NCBI GenBank assembly: GCA_033763455.1
Contig: JANRKO010000006.1
Location: 320,001 to 384,000 of the forward strand
Reading direction: 5' to 3'
From: Polyangiaceae bacterium
GTDB lineage: Bacteria; Myxococcota_A; Polyangia; Polyangiales; Polyangiaceae
DNA length: 64,000 bases
A program made the translations under genes and the position numbers. The notes under the pieces are model-generated. The model had not been told where the DNA came from and ran no database searches. It was given only the letters and a program-made list of their open reading frames with translations. Positions 48,848 through 59,094 of this stretch are shown here, one piece after another (within the stretch, counting starts at the first letter, position 1; the number at the start of each line of letters is the position of its first letter).

Positions 48848-49486
48848 TTAGCGTATCTTGCCGATGTTTGACACTAAGGCACAGTTGGCTACAGAACGGG
48901 CCAGACGTTGTTTTGCGAGCTCAAAGTTGTCGAGAAGCTCTACGTGCCCCTGTTTGATGCGTAGGGTACCCACGTATTCGCAGCGGTCTTTGGCTTTGGG
49001 GAACTCTAGGTTGACGACGATCGTGCCCGTCTCTCGCTGAACTCCGTTGAAGGTACTGCTGGGATGGGTTACCGCGTATCGCCCTTGGCCGCTCGAACTG
49101 TAGAGTGGTCGCATTTGGGCTCGGGTTGTGACGTTGGAGGTGGACGTCACTCCTATGGAAGTCAAATAGAAGGGCTCCTGGTCAGCGCGAACGCTAAAAA
49201 CTCCACCAGATTGGAGTGCGTCTTGGGTTAACCCACGAAGGGGAAACATTTCCTTCGGGTTGCCAAAATCCTCGCTATCCTGGAAGTACAAGTAACCGAG
49301 GGCAGTAGTTTTATCTTCTACTATTAGTTCTCCGATAACGACTCGCTCATCGGCGCCCACCCAATCAACGTTATTGGCTCGGATGTAGCCTTTCTGGCAG
49401 CCCGCGAGGCTGCAGATTACGCCGAGGAACGCTGCGATTCGACTGTCGTTACGTATTGCCACCCACATCAGCCGCCAGCCTAGCAA
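48848..49486 (-). CDS. Hypothetical lipoprotein
   Basis: Lipobox LAGC; no recognised domain. Confidence 0.55.
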   Translation of the reverse strand: MLGWRLMWVAIRNDSRIAAFLGVICSLAGCQKGYIRANNVDWVGADERVVIGELIVEDKTTALGYLYFQDSEDFGNPKEMFPLRGLTQDALQSGGVFSVRADQEPFYLTSIGVTSTSNVTTRAQMRPLYSSSGQGRYAVTHPSSTFNGVQRETGTIVVNLEFPKAKDRCEYVGTLRIKQGHVELLDNFELAKQRLARSVANCALVSNIGKIR

Positions 49487-49575
49487 GGCCCACTCACGGT
49501 GCCAATCGGTGCGTGGCGCAACGCGCAGATCAGGTGGCTTCTTCGCGTTGACCGCCTGGTAGTCGTCTGTTTGAA

Positions 49576-49881
49576 ATCATCGTAGATTAACTACTGGTAG
49601 GTGTCGGCCATCCCCGTAAGTCCTCAAATCGGGCTCGGTTTTGGGATTGGGCGCTCAAGTTCCACGCTGGCCCTTTAGTGCGTGCATTATCCCCAATCCC
49701 AAAAGCGAGCAGCCGCGCTGCCCGAGGCTGATCATGTCGCAACCTTTCCGCTGCAGCGCGGAGCCTGGACGCACCCAGCCCCGCCCGCGTCTCCCGCTTC
49801 GGGAGACGCTTGGTGAGGGGCAAGCTGCCGCGAGCAGCGGCAGCTGGGGAGGGCATCTCACTCCTTGAAGCTAGATCAGGG
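49576..49881. repeat. Structured interspersed element, copy 1 (~300 bp, four conserved hairpins)
   Basis: Colinear with 61121..61430 from TAGATTAACTACT to GCT(A/G)GATCAGGG. Confidence 0.85.
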
Positions 49882-49933
49882 AACACGCACGGCTGAAGCC
49901 AACGAAACGCTGGCCAGGCGCCTCGCCCTGAAC

Positions 49934-51208
49934 TTAGGCACTCGCGCGAGTTGAGTTGCGCCGACCTTTGGGAGCGCCGTTGGCGGAGCCGTTCGTCTTC
50001 GGGGCGGGTGCGCTTTTCGCAGCCGGTGCGCTCTTGGCCGGAGCTGCAGCTTTGCCCAGAAGATCGTCCGCCATCTTGGCAGCGCGGTGCGTGCTTTCCC
50101 AAGAGAACTCTTTGCGACCAAAGTGGCCGTAGGCCGCCGTATCGCGGTAGATGGGGCGCAACAGATCCAACTCCTCGATGAGAGCGCGCGGACGCATGTC
50201 AAACTCCTCAGAAACGTACTTCTGGAGCTTCTCATCGCCGATCTTGCCGGTGCCAAATGTGTTCACGTACACGCCCATCGGCTTGGCAACGCCGATGGCG
50301 TACGCCACCTGCACTTCGACTCGCGACGCGAGCCCGGCGGCCACAATGTTCTTCGCCACGAAGCGCGCGTAGTAGCAAGCGGAGCGATCCACCTTTGAGG
50401 GATCTTTACCGCTGAAAGCGCCGCCACCATGGCGACCCATGCCACCGTAGGTATCTACGATGATCTTACGGCCCGTGAGGCCCGCATCACCAAAAGGACC
50501 ACCGACAACAAAGCGACCCGTCGGGTTTACGAAGTACTTGGTCTTCGCATCGAGAAGGTGCTTGGGGAGGCTCTTTTTGATCACGAGCTCCATGACGGCA
50601 TCTTTGAGCGTCTTGTACTTCACGTCTTCGGAGTGTTGCGTGGAGAGCACCACAGCATCAATGCGCTTGGGCTTGTCGTTCTCGTACTCCACGGTGACCT
50701 GGCTTTTGGCGTCCGGCCGCAGAAAATCAACCTTGCCGGCTTTTCTGAGGGACGCAATCTGCTTCACCATTTGGTGTGCGTACATGATGGGGGCTGGCAT
50801 AAGCTCCGGGGTTTCGTCGCACGCGTAGCCGAACATCAGGCCTTGGTCGCCCGCGCCCTGCTCCTTGAACATCCCTTTGCCTTCGGTCACACCTTGGGAG
50901 ATATCCGGTGATTGCGGCTCAATGGCGGTGAGCACACCGCAGGTGTTGTAGTCGAAGCCCATCGAAGAATCGGTGTAGCCAATCTCTTTGACGGTCTGGC
51001 GAGCGATCTTTGCAAAATCCACCTTGGCAGTGGTGGTGATCTCGCCTGCAACGACAATAAAGCCGGTCTTGCAGAGCGTTTCGCACGCAACGCGGCTCAT
51101 CTTGTCTTGGGTCAAAATAGCGTCCAACACCGCATCGGAGATGGCGTCGCACATCTTGTCGGGATGGCCTTCAGAAACGGACTCGGAGGTGAAAAGATAT
51201 TGGCTCAT
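49934..51208 (-). CDS. metK: S-adenosylmethionine synthetase
   Basis: [39 protein letters not shown]; Lys/Ala-rich tail. Confidence 0.98.
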   Translation of the reverse strand: MSQYLFTSESVSEGHPDKMCDAISDAVLDAILTQDKMSRVACETLCKTGFIVVAGEITTTAKVDFAKIARQTVKEIGYTDSSMGFDYNTCGVLTAIEPQSPDISQGVTEGKGMFKEQGAGDQGLMFGYACDETPELMPAPIMYAHQMVKQIASLRKAGKVDFLRPDAKSQVTVEYENDKPKRIDAVVLSTQHSEDVKYKTLKDAVMELVIKKSLPKHLLDAKTKYFVNPTGRFVVGGPFGDAGLTGRKIIVDTYGGMGRHGGGAFSGKDPSKVDRSACYYARFVAKNIVAAGLASRVEVQVAYAIGVAKPMGVYVNTFGTGKIGDEKLQKYVSEEFDMRPRALIEELDLLRPIYRDTAAYGHFGRKEFSWESTHRAAKMADDLLGKAAAPAKSAPAAKSAPAPKTNGSANGAPKGRRNSTRASA

Positions 51209-51355
51209 CGCGTATCGCTCGTTTGTTTGAGGTTTGTTTGGGGTCTGGGCCGTGTGTATCGGGCCGCGAAGCCCAAAAGGCGGCGGACCCTATCACGGAT
51301 TAATCGCGCTGGCAGTACGGGCGTCGAAGGGTTGGGCGGCCCAGGGCGTGCGGGT

Positions 51356-51760
51356 TCAGTCGCCAAATTCTCGGCGATTTTCGGGGGCTTGGGCGGCGGA
51401 GCCGGTGGACGGTTGCGGTGGGGCCACCCTCAGGCGTTGGGCGGGGGTCCGGTGAAGCGTCAGGCGCAGCACCCTTGGCCCACGAGTGACGGTGAGCTTG
51501 ACCGGGTCACCCGCGTCTCCGCTTAGCAATTGGCGCAGTTGTGCGTCGGTGAGGTCCGCTACTGCAACTCCGTCGATGAACAAGATCTCATCGCCCGCAA
51601 GCAGGCCCGCTTGCTCGGCGGCCAAACCCTTCGGCGCCTCGCGAATCGTGACACGCCCCGAAGCATCTTTCGCCAACAAAGCTCCGATGGTCCCGCGAGG
51701 CGCAGCGCAGCCGACCAAGGACGCGGCCAGGAGCGTGACGGCGGCGCAGCGGATTTTCAC
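51356..51760 (-). CDS. PDZ-domain lipoprotein
   Basis: Lipobox LVGC; AEQAGLLAGDEILFIDG, V.LTV.R. Confidence 0.8.
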   Translation of the reverse strand: MKIRCAAVTLLAASLVGCAAPRGTIGALLAKDASGRVTIREAPKGLAAEQAGLLAGDEILFIDGVAVADLTDAQLRQLLSGDAGDPVKLTVTRGPRVLRLTLHRTPAQRLRVAPPQPSTGSAAQAPENRREFGD

Positions 51761-52942
51761 TTAGCTACGGTACCCGGCGTTAACGTCTACATATTGGTGG
51801 CCGAGATCCGTCATGAAGTAGCGAACATGGCCAGGCCCTGCCCCCAGGCGTACGTGGATGGAGAACTTCGGGCCCTTCATAACTTCCTTCGCTCGCGCCT
51901 CGGCCTCACTGCCGACTCCGACGCCGCGTTCCACGATCACGACATCGTTGATAGCTATTTGCGCAACGTTCGGATCAAACAACACCCCAGAACGACCGGC
52001 TGCCGCCAAAATTCTGCCCCAATTCGGATCGCAGCCGGCAATGGTGGTCTTCACTAAGAGTGAGGTGGCGATCGTTTTGGCGACCTTGAAGGCTTCGGCT
52101 TCCGTGCCCACGCCGCTCACCTTGAGCTCCACCAGATGTTCGCTGCCCTCGCCATCGGCGACAATAGACTGTGCGAGCTCAGCGAACACGGTGGTCAATG
52201 CCGCCTCAAGCTCCTGCTCAGTAGCCTCGCCGGCCGCACCCGAAGCCAAGACGAAAACGCTGTCGTTGGTGCTGGTGTCCCCGTCTACGGAGCAGGCATT
52301 GAACGTAAGATCAGTCGCTCGTTCCAATGCGCGAGCAAGTGTTGCAGCGCTGCATTTCGCGTCGGTTACAGCGAAAGCCAGCATGGTGGCGTGGAGCTTG
52401 CCGTCGGCTGAGAGGTCTGGGTGGATCATTCCGGCGCCTTTGGCCATTGCGAGCACGCGGGCTCCGCTGCCACCTGGAATGGCTGCCTGGGCGAGCTTGG
52501 GCCAGCGATCTGTGGTGAGGATCGCCTGAGAAAAAGCCTCATAGCCGTCTGAGGCAAGGCCACCTATCAAATCAGGGACGCGCCCCAAAATGAGCTCGGC
52601 TCGCAGCACTTCCCCAATAACCCCCGTGGAGGCAGGCAACACCTGCTCAGGCGGACAACCAAGAGCTTCGGCTATTGCGTTGGTGGTGGTGAGCGTGGCG
52701 GCAAGACCGGCTTCACCGGTACAGGCATTCGCACAACCGCTATTCACCAAGATGGCTCGCGCAACACCGGTGCGTACGCGCGTCAACGCAACTTCTACGG
52801 GAGCTGCTTTTACTAAGTTGCGAGTGAAAACGCCGGCCGCGGTGGCTGGAGCATCTGCTACCAACAAACCGACATCTCTGCCGCCGCGCTTCTTCAGCCC
52901 GCACTCCAAGCCCGCGAAACGAAAGCCCTTAGGAACGATCAT
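51761..52942 (-). CDS. argJ: Bifunctional ornithine acetyltransferase / N-acetylglutamate synthase
   Basis: NSGCANACTG, KGAGMI.P...ATML, DGDTSTND, DGEG, DPNWGRI. Confidence 0.96.
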   Translation of the reverse strand: MIVPKGFRFAGLECGLKKRGGRDVGLLVADAPATAAGVFTRNLVKAAPVEVALTRVRTGVARAILVNSGCANACTGEAGLAATLTTTNAIAEALGCPPEQVLPASTGVIGEVLRAELILGRVPDLIGGLASDGYEAFSQAILTTDRWPKLAQAAIPGGSGARVLAMAKGAGMIHPDLSADGKLHATMLAFAVTDAKCSAATLARALERATDLTFNACSVDGDTSTNDSVFVLASGAAGEATEQELEAALTTVFAELAQSIVADGEGSEHLVELKVSGVGTEAEAFKVAKTIATSLLVKTTIAGCDPNWGRILAAAGRSGVLFDPNVAQIAINDVVIVERGVGVGSEAEARAKEVMKGPKFSIHVRLGAGPGHVRYFMTDLGHQYVDVNAGYRS

Positions 52943-52965
52943 GCGGGGCTTATATCAGCACCTTT

Positions 52966-53041
52966 TGGAGCCGTCGATCGGACTTGAACCGATGACCTGT
53001 GCTTTACGAAAGCACTGCTCTACCAACTGAGCTACGACGGC
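52966..53041 (-). tRNA. tRNA-Thr(CGT)
   Basis: Minus strand GCCGTCGTAGCTCAGTTGGTAGAGCAGTGCT-TTCGTAA-AGCAC...GGTTCAAGTCC...CGACGGCTCCA; CCA encoded. Confidence 0.95.
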
Positions 53042-53201
53042 GAAAGATGGGCACCGGTACTATCCCAGGCGCCCAACCCTGTAAACCAAACTTTGGCGGA
53101 TTTACCCACTTTCGCTGGGTTTTCCGCTGTGGGCTCGGCCTTTGAGTGAGGGCATGGGGGCAGCATGTGCACCCCCAGAAGCGGCCTGAATGCGGGAGAA
53201 C

Positions 53202-54083
53202 TTAACCCGTTGAGGCCCCGCTGGCAGTTTTTCGAAGGCGGCACAGGTACATGGGCCCCATTCCGCCCGCATCTGGCAGGAAGCTCCAGCCAAACCGCTC
53301 GGCCTGTCCCACGCTGAACCTGACGGGCTCCTCTTCGCACGCTGAGCCCAACTTTCGTAACAGCCGGCCCACCACGCGGGAGTTTTCGTCTTCGACGAGC
53401 GCGCACGTTGCGTACACCAATACGCCGCCGGGCTTCAAACTGGCGAAAGCGGAACGAAGCAATGAGTATTGCTGAACCGCCAGGTGCTGAACTCGGGCTT
53501 CCGACCAAGCAGCGAGGGCCGCTGGATCAGAAAGCACGTGACGTTCCGATGAACACGGCGCGTCGAGCAGAATGCGATCGAATTGCTCGGGCTGGTACCG
53601 CCCAAAGCGCGAGGCATCGTAGCCGCGCACTTCGATCTGTTCACGTATTTCGGCGGGCAGATATTCGGAAAGGACGCGCAAGAGGCGTGTGCGCCGCGCT
53701 CTGGAGAGTTCATTGAGAACCAGCGGCCGCAAGCTGGGGTGAGGGAGGCCCCGTTCGGATTGGGTGTCAGCAGGGCTCAGTGCTTGGCCTGCATTCTGTG
53801 CGAGAAACAGTTTCTCGGCTAGGATCAAGGATTTGCCGCCAGGGGCCGCGCACATATCCAGGACGCGCATCCCCGGTTCAACCAGCAAGCTCTCGGCGAC
53901 CAGAATCGAAGCTCCATCCATGCTGTACGTCGCGGATAGCTCGGGTCGCGCGACAGAGAACGCGTTCAGCCGTTGCGTGTGCACGCTCTCCGCCAAGAGT
54001 GCCGCACGCAGTGTTGCCCAACGTTCGCCGAAGCGCCGTTGATAAAATTCTTCGAAACCGAGCGCGCCGCGCAACCGAGCCAT
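53202..54083 (-). CDS. RsmB/NOP-family RNA m5C methyltransferase
   Basis: VLDMCAAPGGKS, DRILLDAPCS, VYATC. Confidence 0.9.
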   Translation of the reverse strand: MARLRGALGFEEFYQRRFGERWATLRAALLAESVHTQRLNAFSVARPELSATYSMDGASILVAESLLVEPGMRVLDMCAAPGGKSLILAEKLFLAQNAGQALSPADTQSERGLPHPSLRPLVLNELSRARRTRLLRVLSEYLPAEIREQIEVRGYDASRFGRYQPEQFDRILLDAPCSSERHVLSDPAALAAWSEARVQHLAVQQYSLLRSAFASLKPGGVLVYATCALVEDENSRVVGRLLRKLGSACEEEPVRFSVGQAERFGWSFLPDAGGMGPMYLCRLRKTASGASTG

Positions 54084-54229
54084 GGGGTGAGCAGTCTACC
54101 GGTCTCGCAAAATCAAGAAACCCAAGCCAAGGCTGATGGAGGTTCGCTGCACCTGTCACCCTCCCGGCAGCACAGCCGGCTAGGCCTCCCAAACCACGTT
54201 GGCGACCAATCTGGTGGGGTCGGTGCGGA

Positions 54230-54293
54230 CGGCAGTTTTTGACACATGGAGAAATCTGCCGCGGCAGTTTTTGACACATGGAGAAATCTGCCG
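54230..54293 (+). repeat. Exact 32-bp tandem duplication containing a promoter -35 and an imperfect palindrome
   Basis: CGGCAGTTTTTGACACATGGAGAAATCTGCCG x2; the second copy gives TTGACA-N17-TAGCCT. Confidence 0.9.
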
Positions 54294-54305
54294 TAGCCTA
54301 ACCCG

Positions 54306-55427
54306 ATGAAAAACCTCCGGAAACGCTACCTCACGCCCCAGATCACGGCTGATCTTGGGCGCAAGATGGTCTTTCTGGCGGGTGCACGCCAAGTGGGAAA
54401 AACGACTCTCGCGAGGGCGCTGCCAGGGGCCAAGAACGGCTATCTCAACTGGGATGATGACCACGACCGCCATCTCATGTTGAGTCGGGAGCTTCCGGCA
54501 TCGCCACTCTGGGTTTTCGACGAAATCCACAAGTATCGTTCCTGGCGTGGTTGGTTGAAGGGCCTCTACGATAAGCGTCTGCCCAATCAGCGGATCCTCG
54601 TGACTGGGAGTGCGCGCCTCGATTTGTATCGGTATGGAGGCGATTCCCTGCAGGGGCGTTATCACCTCTTACGGCTGCATCCCTTGAGCCTTGCTGAGCT
54701 CAAGCTCACCACGCAGTCAGATTTTCTGAGCCTGCTGCGGTTGGGTGGATTTCCAGAGCCATTTTTCGGTGGCTCCGAAGTCGAAGCTCGACGCTGGTCG
54801 CGCGACTACCGCGCTCGCCTGGTGCGAGATGATATTGCTAGCCTGGAACCCATCGCTGACCTCGGGAACATTGAGCTCCTGATGCAACGGTTGCCTGCCC
54901 TCGTAGGATCTCCGCTTTCGATCAACGCGCTGCGCGAAGATCTACAAGTGAGCCACAAGCTGCTTGAAAGCTGGGTGGGCGTGCTCGAAAGGATGTACGC
55001 CGTCTTCCGCGTACCACCTTTTGGCACCCCCCGCCTCAGGGCCATAAAGAAGGAACAAAAACATTACCATCTGGACTGGAGCCTGGTTGCCAACGAGGGC
55101 GCACGCTTCGAAAACTTGGTGGCTTGCCATTTACTAAAGTGGGTCCACTTCATCGAAGACACGGAAGGGCGTGACGTGGAGCTGCGATATTTTCGCGATC
55201 GCGATGGCCGGGAGGTGGACTTCGTAGTTGTCGAAGGGAACAAGCCGATCCTGATGGTTGAAGCCAAACTTTCGGATACAGCTCCCGATCGCAGCCTTCG
55301 TTACCTCGCCGCCAAGTTTCCGGGGGTACCAGCGATCCAAGTTACCGCTGCAAACGCGAAAGATTTCGTCACGCCTGAGGGCATTTCAGTGCGTCCGGCG
55401 CTTGGGTTCCTGCGTACCTTGATTTAA
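54306..55427 (+). CDS. AAA_14 ATPase with DUF4143 and C-terminal PD-(D/E)xK-like motif
   Basis: GARQVGKTT, FDEIH, VTGSA, GGFPE, FENLV, EVDFV...VEAK. Confidence 0.88.
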   Translation: MKNLRKRYLTPQITADLGRKMVFLAGARQVGKTTLARALPGAKNGYLNWDDDHDRHLMLSRELPASPLWVFDEIHKYRSWRGWLKGLYDKRLPNQRILVTGSARLDLYRYGGDSLQGRYHLLRLHPLSLAELKLTTQSDFLSLLRLGGFPEPFFGGSEVEARRWSRDYRARLVRDDIASLEPIADLGNIELLMQRLPALVGSPLSINALREDLQVSHKLLESWVGVLERMYAVFRVPPFGTPRLRAIKKEQKHYHLDWSLVANEGARFENLVACHLLKWVHFIEDTEGRDVELRYFRDRDGREVDFVVVEGNKPILMVEAKLSDTAPDRSLRYLAAKFPGVPAIQVTAANAKDFVTPEGISVRPALGFLRTLI

Positions 55428-55451
55428 ATCCCCCCCTCCGCTCGGGACGCT

Positions 55452-57071
55452 TCAGTCCTCGTAGTCCGGATTTTGCCAGGGCTGCTTCGGCTCGCCGTCG
55501 TCCTTCTCCACGATGAGGCAACGCGTGGTGAGCAGTGTGCCCGCGACGGAAGCCGCGTGCTCCAGAGCGCAACGAACCACTTTGGTGGGATCGATCACAC
55601 CGCTCTTGATGAGATCTTCGTATTCGCCTGTAGCGGCGTTCAAGCCGAAACCGCCGCTTCCATTGCGAACTTTGTCGATCACCACGCTCGGCTCAAGACC
55701 AGCATTCGAAGAGATCATGCGCAGGGGCTCTTCAAGGCACCGGCGCACAATGTTGACCCCGACGCGTTCGCCATCAGTGACTGTGAGCTTGTCGAGCACA
55801 CTCTGGCAGCGCAAAAGAGCCACGCCACCACCGGGTACGATGCCTTCCTGTGCCGCCGCGCGTGTGGCGTACATCGCGTCTTCCACGCGATCTTTACGTT
55901 CCTTGAGTGCCATCTCGCTGTGGGCGCCCACCTTGATCACAGCAATGCCGCCGCTCATCTTGGCCAGGCGTTCCTGCAGCTTTTCCTTGTCAAAATCGCT
56001 GGAAGTCTCCTCGATTTGACGACGGATGAGCTCCTGGCGCCCTGTGATGGCCGCCTTGTCGCCCAGGCCGTCGACGATCAGCGTGTTTTCGTGATCCATG
56101 ACCGCGCGGCGGCAGCGGCCGAGATCCGCCAGGGTGGCGCTTTCGATCTTGCGACCGGTCTCTTCCGCGATGACGACACCGCCCGTGAGCACGCCGAGAT
56201 CTGCCAGGATTTCTTTACGCCGATCGCCAAAAGCCGGCGACTTCACCGCGCAGCACTGCAAGGTGCCGCGCATCCGGTTGATCACCAAGGTAGCTAGCGC
56301 CTCAGGATCGAAATCTTCCGCGATGATGAGAAGCGGCTTGTTAGCCTTCACCACCTGCTCCAGTAGTGGAACGAGCTCAGCGAGGTTCGAGATCTTGCGC
56401 TGGTGCAACAGCACATAGGGATCTTCGAGTACGCACTGCATGCGCGCAGAGTCCGTCACGAAGTACGGCGACATGTAGCCCTTATCGAACTGCATGCCAT
56501 CTACCGTTTCGAGCACGGTTTCAGTGTTTTTCGCCTCTTCAATCGTGATGACGCCGTCTTTGCCCACCTTCTCCATGGCTTGAGCGAGCATCTGGCCCAC
56601 CTCTTCGTCGCCGTTGGCGCTGATGGTTCCGATGCGCGCGATTTGTTCGTTGGTTTCGATGGGGCGCGAGAGCTTCTTCAACTCCGCAACCACAGCTTCC
56701 ACGGCGATGTCGATACCGCGCTTGATGAACATAGCGTCGTGGCGAGCCGCCACCATCGCCGCGCCTTCACGATAGATGGCCTCGGCGAGCACAGTGGCTG
56801 TGGTAGTGCCGTCGCCCGCTAGCTCCGCCGTCTTGGAGGCGACTTCGCGTACCAGACGGACTCCCACGTTCTGAAGGCGATTGGGTAGGTCGATCTCCTT
56901 GGCGACGGTGACACCGTCCTTAGTAATGCGGGGTTGGGAAGCACCACTGCTGAACACCACATTTCGCCCCTTGGGGCCCAAGGTTACCTTGACGGCTCGG
57001 GCTAACGCCTCGACACCATCGAGCAAATGCTTCTGAGCTACTAGATCGTATACAATCTCACGTGCGGCCAT
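55452..57071 (-). CDS. groL: Chaperonin GroEL (no adjacent groES)
   Basis: [43 protein letters not shown]. Confidence 0.97.
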   Translation of the reverse strand: MAAREIVYDLVAQKHLLDGVEALARAVKVTLGPKGRNVVFSSGASQPRITKDGVTVAKEIDLPNRLQNVGVRLVREVASKTAELAGDGTTTATVLAEAIYREGAAMVAARHDAMFIKRGIDIAVEAVVAELKKLSRPIETNEQIARIGTISANGDEEVGQMLAQAMEKVGKDGVITIEEAKNTETVLETVDGMQFDKGYMSPYFVTDSARMQCVLEDPYVLLHQRKISNLAELVPLLEQVVKANKPLLIIAEDFDPEALATLVINRMRGTLQCCAVKSPAFGDRRKEILADLGVLTGGVVIAEETGRKIESATLADLGRCRRAVMDHENTLIVDGLGDKAAITGRQELIRRQIEETSSDFDKEKLQERLAKMSGGIAVIKVGAHSEMALKERKDRVEDAMYATRAAAQEGIVPGGGVALLRCQSVLDKLTVTDGERVGVNIVRRCLEEPLRMISSNAGLEPSVVIDKVRNGSGGFGLNAATGEYEDLIKSGVIDPTKVVRCALEHAASVAGTLLTTRCLIVEKDDGEPKQPWQNPDYED

Positions 57072-57212
57072 TGCTTAAGCTTCTCCTCGGGGCGCGCAAT
57101 GTGCGCACCGGGCCGGCCGCTGGCAAGGGGAGAATTGGGGGTCAGAGGCGAATTTGACCCCACTCGCTGGCGTTGCGGTACTTGGCTGCCGTGTTCCGCT
57201 TGAGGGTCATCC

Positions 57213-59087
57213 ATGAGTTTTCGAAAAATTTCCGCTGAGACGCGGATTCTCCCGCCTGTTGTCAACGTGAGCCCCGGAAATAGTCCGAGGGGCGTGAGGT
57301 CCGGCTGGCCAATCGCGGTCATCTCGGTCTTCGGCCTCGTTGCCCAAGGCTGCTCCGGCGGGGACAGTTCTCGGAACTCCAGCCCATCGCGGCCAGGAGC
57401 ATACGCGGGTTCTGGCAACGTGATGGCCTCGGGAGGCACGGGCTCGGGAGGCAGCCCGGTAGCGAGCTCGGGCGGTACCAGTGGATCAGGCGTCCCCAAC
57501 GCTCCGGTCGACTGTGCCACTCGGCCACCACCGGCGCCGACGCCACTTCGGCGCCTCACGTTGGAGCAGTATCAGAACAGTGTGCGTGAGCTTTTGGCCC
57601 AAGCGCCCGGAGCCAGCAAAGCCGCTGAAGGAGTATTTGCTCAGCTGCCTGTGGACGGCAGGAACCAAGATGTCTTCACGAGCATGGACGATCGCGTGTC
57701 GCAGAGCCACGTCGATGGCTTCTACAACATTGCCAAGGCCGTCGCAGGAATCCTTCGCAGCAACGCGAACGAAGCTCAAGCGTTGAGTTGCCCTACGATT
57801 GACCAGCCGTGTTTCAACACATTCGTTAGGAATTTTGGGTTGCGTGCGTTTCGTCGTCCGCTCTTGGCTCCCGAGCTTGCTCGCTACGGGGAATTGTTCG
57901 GCTTGGAGGGCACTGGCGAAGGGGCTGTCGCCGCGGCGACATTTTCGTTCCTAATGGCGCCCGAGTTTCTGTACCGCGTGGAAGTGAACGGCACCCCAGC
58001 ACCTGCCAACGCGCTTGAGCTAACGCTTTCGGATTTTGAAAAGGCCACGCGCCTGGCGCATCATTTCTGGCATGGCCCCCCGGACGCAGAGTTGCTTTCT
58101 GCGGCCGAAAAAGGGCAACTGAGCACTCCGAGCGGGTTTGAGGCAGAGCTCTTGAGGGTGGCGGCGGCGCCTCAATCCGAGGTTGCTTTGCGGCGGTTCT
58201 GGGGCCAGTGGCTCGGCGTGGAGGGGTTCCACGGCTTCGTCGATACTCCCGCGTTTCGTGCCTTCGCTGGTACTCCGCAGCCGGGCGCCGTTTTGGCAGA
58301 TGCTTTGAAGCAAGAGTTGTGGGCCATGGTGAATGCTTTCACGTGGCAAGGTTCCGGAACGCTCTCGGACCTTTTTACCACTACCGATGTTTTCGCCACC
58401 TCGCCCGAACTGGCGGCCATCTACGGTGTTCCGGCGTGGGATGGTACTTCCAAACGAACGCAGTTTGGTCCAAATGGGCGCACCGGCTTACTCACGCGTG
58501 CAGGTTTACTGGTGAGCGGCAATGAGCTCACGAACCCTATCAAGCGTGGCGCTTTCGTGCTCAAGCACCTGCAATGCGTTCAACTTTCCCCGCCCGCCAA
58601 CTTGCCCGCGGAAGCGCTCGCGTTGCCCACGATCGATCCCAAACAAAGTACGCGTCAGCGCTTCGCGGCAAAGACCTCCCCTGCCGAATGTGCGGCTTGC
58701 CACACAACCTTCAATCCCTACGGCTTTGCGTTCGAGGAGTACGACGCCTTGGGTCGCCTTCGTACCACGGAGAAAGTGTTCGACGATGCCGGCACGTTGT
58801 TAGCGGAGGTGCCCGTGGATGCGAGCGTAACGGCAACCATCGATAACAAGCCGGTTGCGGTTAAGGGAGCGGCCGACCTTTCGGCGGCCCTCGCCACTTC
58901 CGACGCCGTGAGCCAGTGTATTGCTCAACAATACTTCGCTTACACCTTCGGCCGCCCTGCTGCCGGAGCTGATCAATGTGTGGTGGCCGAGCTGGGCACG
59001 GCGCTCAAGGCCACGGGGCTCAACGGATTTGTGAAAGCTATAGCTAAAACGAGTGCGTTCCAGGAACGCGTGATCGGGACTCCCTGA
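57213..59087 (+). CDS. DUF1587/1595/1592/1588-type lipoprotein with a CxxCH heme-binding motif
   Basis: LRRLT..QY.NSV..L, RAFRRPL, PEFLYR, PIKRG, CAACH. Confidence 0.85.
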   Translation: MSFRKISAETRILPPVVNVSPGNSPRGVRSGWPIAVISVFGLVAQGCSGGDSSRNSSPSRPGAYAGSGNVMASGGTGSGGSPVASSGGTSGSGVPNAPVDCATRPPPAPTPLRRLTLEQYQNSVRELLAQAPGASKAAEGVFAQLPVDGRNQDVFTSMDDRVSQSHVDGFYNIAKAVAGILRSNANEAQALSCPTIDQPCFNTFVRNFGLRAFRRPLLAPELARYGELFGLEGTGEGAVAAATFSFLMAPEFLYRVEVNGTPAPANALELTLSDFEKATRLAHHFWHGPPDAELLSAAEKGQLSTPSGFEAELLRVAAAPQSEVALRRFWGQWLGVEGFHGFVDTPAFRAFAGTPQPGAVLADALKQELWAMVNAFTWQGSGTLSDLFTTTDVFATSPELAAIYGVPAWDGTSKRTQFGPNGRTGLLTRAGLLVSGNELTNPIKRGAFVLKHLQCVQLSPPANLPAEALALPTIDPKQSTRQRFAAKTSPAECAACHTTFNPYGFAFEEYDALGRLRTTEKVFDDAGTLLAEVPVDASVTATIDNKPVAVKGAADLSAALATSDAVSQCIAQQYFAYTFGRPAAGADQCVVAELGTALKATGLNGFVKAIAKTSAFQERVIGTP

Positions 59088-59094
59088 GGTTGCC

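Noticed and set aside
49587..49861. Protein-coding reading of the hairpin element (similar minus-strand ORFs in both copies ending SS-stop)
   Set aside because: The same nucleotides are read in different frames in the two copies (AQSQNR versus MPNPKN), and conservation follows stems rather than codon positions.
51209..51355. SAM riboswitch upstream of metK
   Set aside because: No recognisable SAM-I or SAM-II consensus in the short intergenic region.
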